Origin: Paraphysomonas bandaiensis
Lineage: Eukaryota > Protista > Chrysophyceae
Assembly (NCBI GenBank): GCA_965644295.1
Contig: CBFFRP010000410.1
Coordinates: 288,307 to 352,306, forward strand
Direction of reading: 5' to 3'
Length of the DNA stretch: 64,000 bases
Part shown: one piece after another, positions 62,301-64,000 of the stretch
How positions within the stretch are numbered: the stretch's first letter is position 1
Layout of the letters: every line of letters starts with the position of its first letter
Position numbers and translations under genes: made by a program
Notes under the pieces: generated by a model
Databases searched by the model: none
What the model saw: the letters and a program-made list of their open reading frames with translations, nothing else
What the model was told of the DNA's origin: nothing

Positions 62301-63603
62301 AAAAAGGTTCTGTTTTTAAAAGATTAACATGACATGTTTGCTGATGATGATTCTCTTGCCAACATTCTTCTCTAAATGAACATATGATTGTGTTGGTCGG
62401 CTTTCTTTTATCTTCTTATCTTAATAATGATGCTAAAAATTCCCGTAGCAACGGCGATTAGGTGCCTCCTGTCAGCACTGCTCTTTTTTATTTAATGATG
62501 ACGTGACCTGCCTGATCCAGGCTGGGGCTTATATTATTTATTTCTACATGAAACTCAGATCTCTGTTGGCGGTCTACAATCAACTCCTATAAATTCCTGA
62601 CAGGCTGTGAGCAACTGCAATGGAGCAGACAATGCCGCTGTGCCGTTGGATAAGGGCAGAACTCACGGACTGCTGTTCATGAGGCTGTGAACTTTCTCAG
62701 CGGTTTATCAGACAAGCACTGAAGGCTGTTGAGAGTATTGCAAGCATCCTATGACTTCTTATTTATGCGCCATTTTGCAACAATCCAAATTCTACTTGGG
62801 CCTGAAGTCTTTCTTCTTGACTGCAGTTTAACGAAGTTCTTGTGTGATGCGTTTTAATTCCATGATAGCAGTGCAGTGCCTCTGCTAAAGACTGGAAGCT
62901 TAATGGTAACCTGAAGGACACTGCCTTACTCTTCAGTGAAAAACTGTGTGTTGATTTGACAACACAGTTTTGCAGTGCTCTTCTGGAAATGCTACTGAAC
63001 TGCCAACTATGCCATCTATGTGTGTTCTTTTCTGTTGTTTGACTCTCTCTTGCAAAAATAATTGTTTATCAGAAATAGACTTCAGCCCTAATTTTAACAC
63101 TTGTAACAGTTAACCATTCTGGCTTTTTTTCTGTCTAACATGATGTGCTGTGGTTGTGCTGTCATTTATGGGAGCTATGATGTGCCTAATAGATACAAAT
63201 ATTGTTCTCTTTACCTGATGAAGACTTCTTTGAACATGATTGTTCTATGGAGAACTCTGTTACAATCTGCTCATTCATAAGCAGTATATGATTTTATCTA
63301 TATACCTTTATTAAATTCAATGACACAAATTCTGCTGCAACAGAAGAGTATAAAACATTTCTTCTTTGTTTTCTTATAGGTTATTTCTCTTGTAATTCTC
63401 ATGTTTCTGCTGTAGCTGAGATTGCATTCCCAGGTTCATATCAGCTCTTAAGGCCTTTCTGGTTTTCAGCTGAAGCTACTAGGCTATGGTGGCATTTATG
63501 GATATAGTCACAGACAAATGGATTTAGGAAGATTATGATGTTGATGTCTGCAGTTTAATGCTGGGGCAGGGGTGTGTATGAATTGATTTGCTGCTCAGTT
63601 CAG

Positions 63604-63812
63604 GCTTTCTTTGTTGGTATGGATCTTGAAACATATATTCAAATGCTGATAAAGATTCTATCTACTCAGGATACAATACCTCTAATGATGATGTGTTTTG
63701 GCACTGTACATATAACGCAAATGCAACAACACCATCCGTAAGATTTGATACATACGCTATGTATGACGCTGTTATGGTGTGTGAAGCCGGAGTCTGCTAC
63801 ACTCAATTCTGA
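63604..63812 (+). CDS. C-terminal fragment of PLV major capsid protein (double jelly-roll); not in the ORF track
   Basis: AFFVGMDLETY/SNADKDSIYSGYNTSNDDVF...RFDTYAMYDAVMVCEAGVCYTQF* (one +2 shift) fits the PLV MCP C-terminal pattern F-x-G-x-D-L-E...SG-x-NT...YD-x-V. Confidence 0.75.
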
Positions 63813-63853
63813 GATAAATAAATACATTTAAAGATTTGTTGATACATTAGAGT

Positions 63854-64000
63854 ATGCCTGATTATCAGAAAGGAAAGATTTATAAAATTGAAGGAGGTGG
63901 AAAAACTTATTACGGATCCCACATGTGAGAGCAGTGTCAAATCGGCTTGCACAGCATAGATATGCTCGTGATAGATATAACCGAGGACAAGCAAGCATCA
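63854..64000 (+). CDS. GIY-YIG endonuclease, 5' part
   Basis: MPDYQKGKIYKIEGGGKTYYGS...RLAQH; ATTTAAAGA upstream. Confidence 0.8.

Larger units (their letters stand above)
51544..64000. mobile_element. Endogenous Polinton-like virus (pPolB + rve integrase type); right end outside window
   Basis: Abrupt switch to AT-rich, intron-less, densely packed genes: SF3 helicase, pPolB, rve-INT, A32 ATPase, minor capsid, MCP C-terminus, GIY-YIG. Confidence 0.93.

Noticed and set aside
51544-64000. Mavirus-type virophage or canonical Maverick/Polinton
   Set aside because: No cysteine protease seen in the morphogenesis module; MCP slot and pPolB are short. PLV fits better, though genes beyond the window are unseen.

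Overview
Eukaryotic protist DNA. The host is probably a flagellated stramenopile (inference from DRC5, a CIPK-type kinase, a channel-cyclase fusion and ~40-55 nt introns). Positions 1-51.5 kb hold compact host genes, mostly in head-to-head pairs: ARP4, an S4-type channel/adenylyl cyclase fusion, mitochondrial ferredoxin, an EGF-PDZ-PA-PA protein, APC2, two near-identical CIPK-like kinases, DRC5/TCTE1, a DysF-containing VPS13 and a LAMTOR1-like gene. These are interspersed with decayed Copia/Gypsy relics, solo-LTR-like repeats and three fold-back structures. From 51544 to beyond the window end lies an AT-rich, intron-less endogenous Polinton-like virus (PLV). It encodes an SF3 helicase, a candidate stand-alone terminal protein, a short exonuclease-less pPolB with a UBZ4-like tail, an rve integrase with chromodomain, an A32 packaging ATPase, a minor capsid protein, the C-terminus of a major capsid protein and a GIY-YIG nuclease. 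Its replication genes share an ACTTAAA upstream motif, and a copy of its terminal ~33 bp lies at 11013. Sequence quality appears to fall after ~57.8 kb (many 1-2 nt frameshifts; ~1.3 kb unreadable where the MCP body should be). All calls come from motif recognition by eye; no searches were run.
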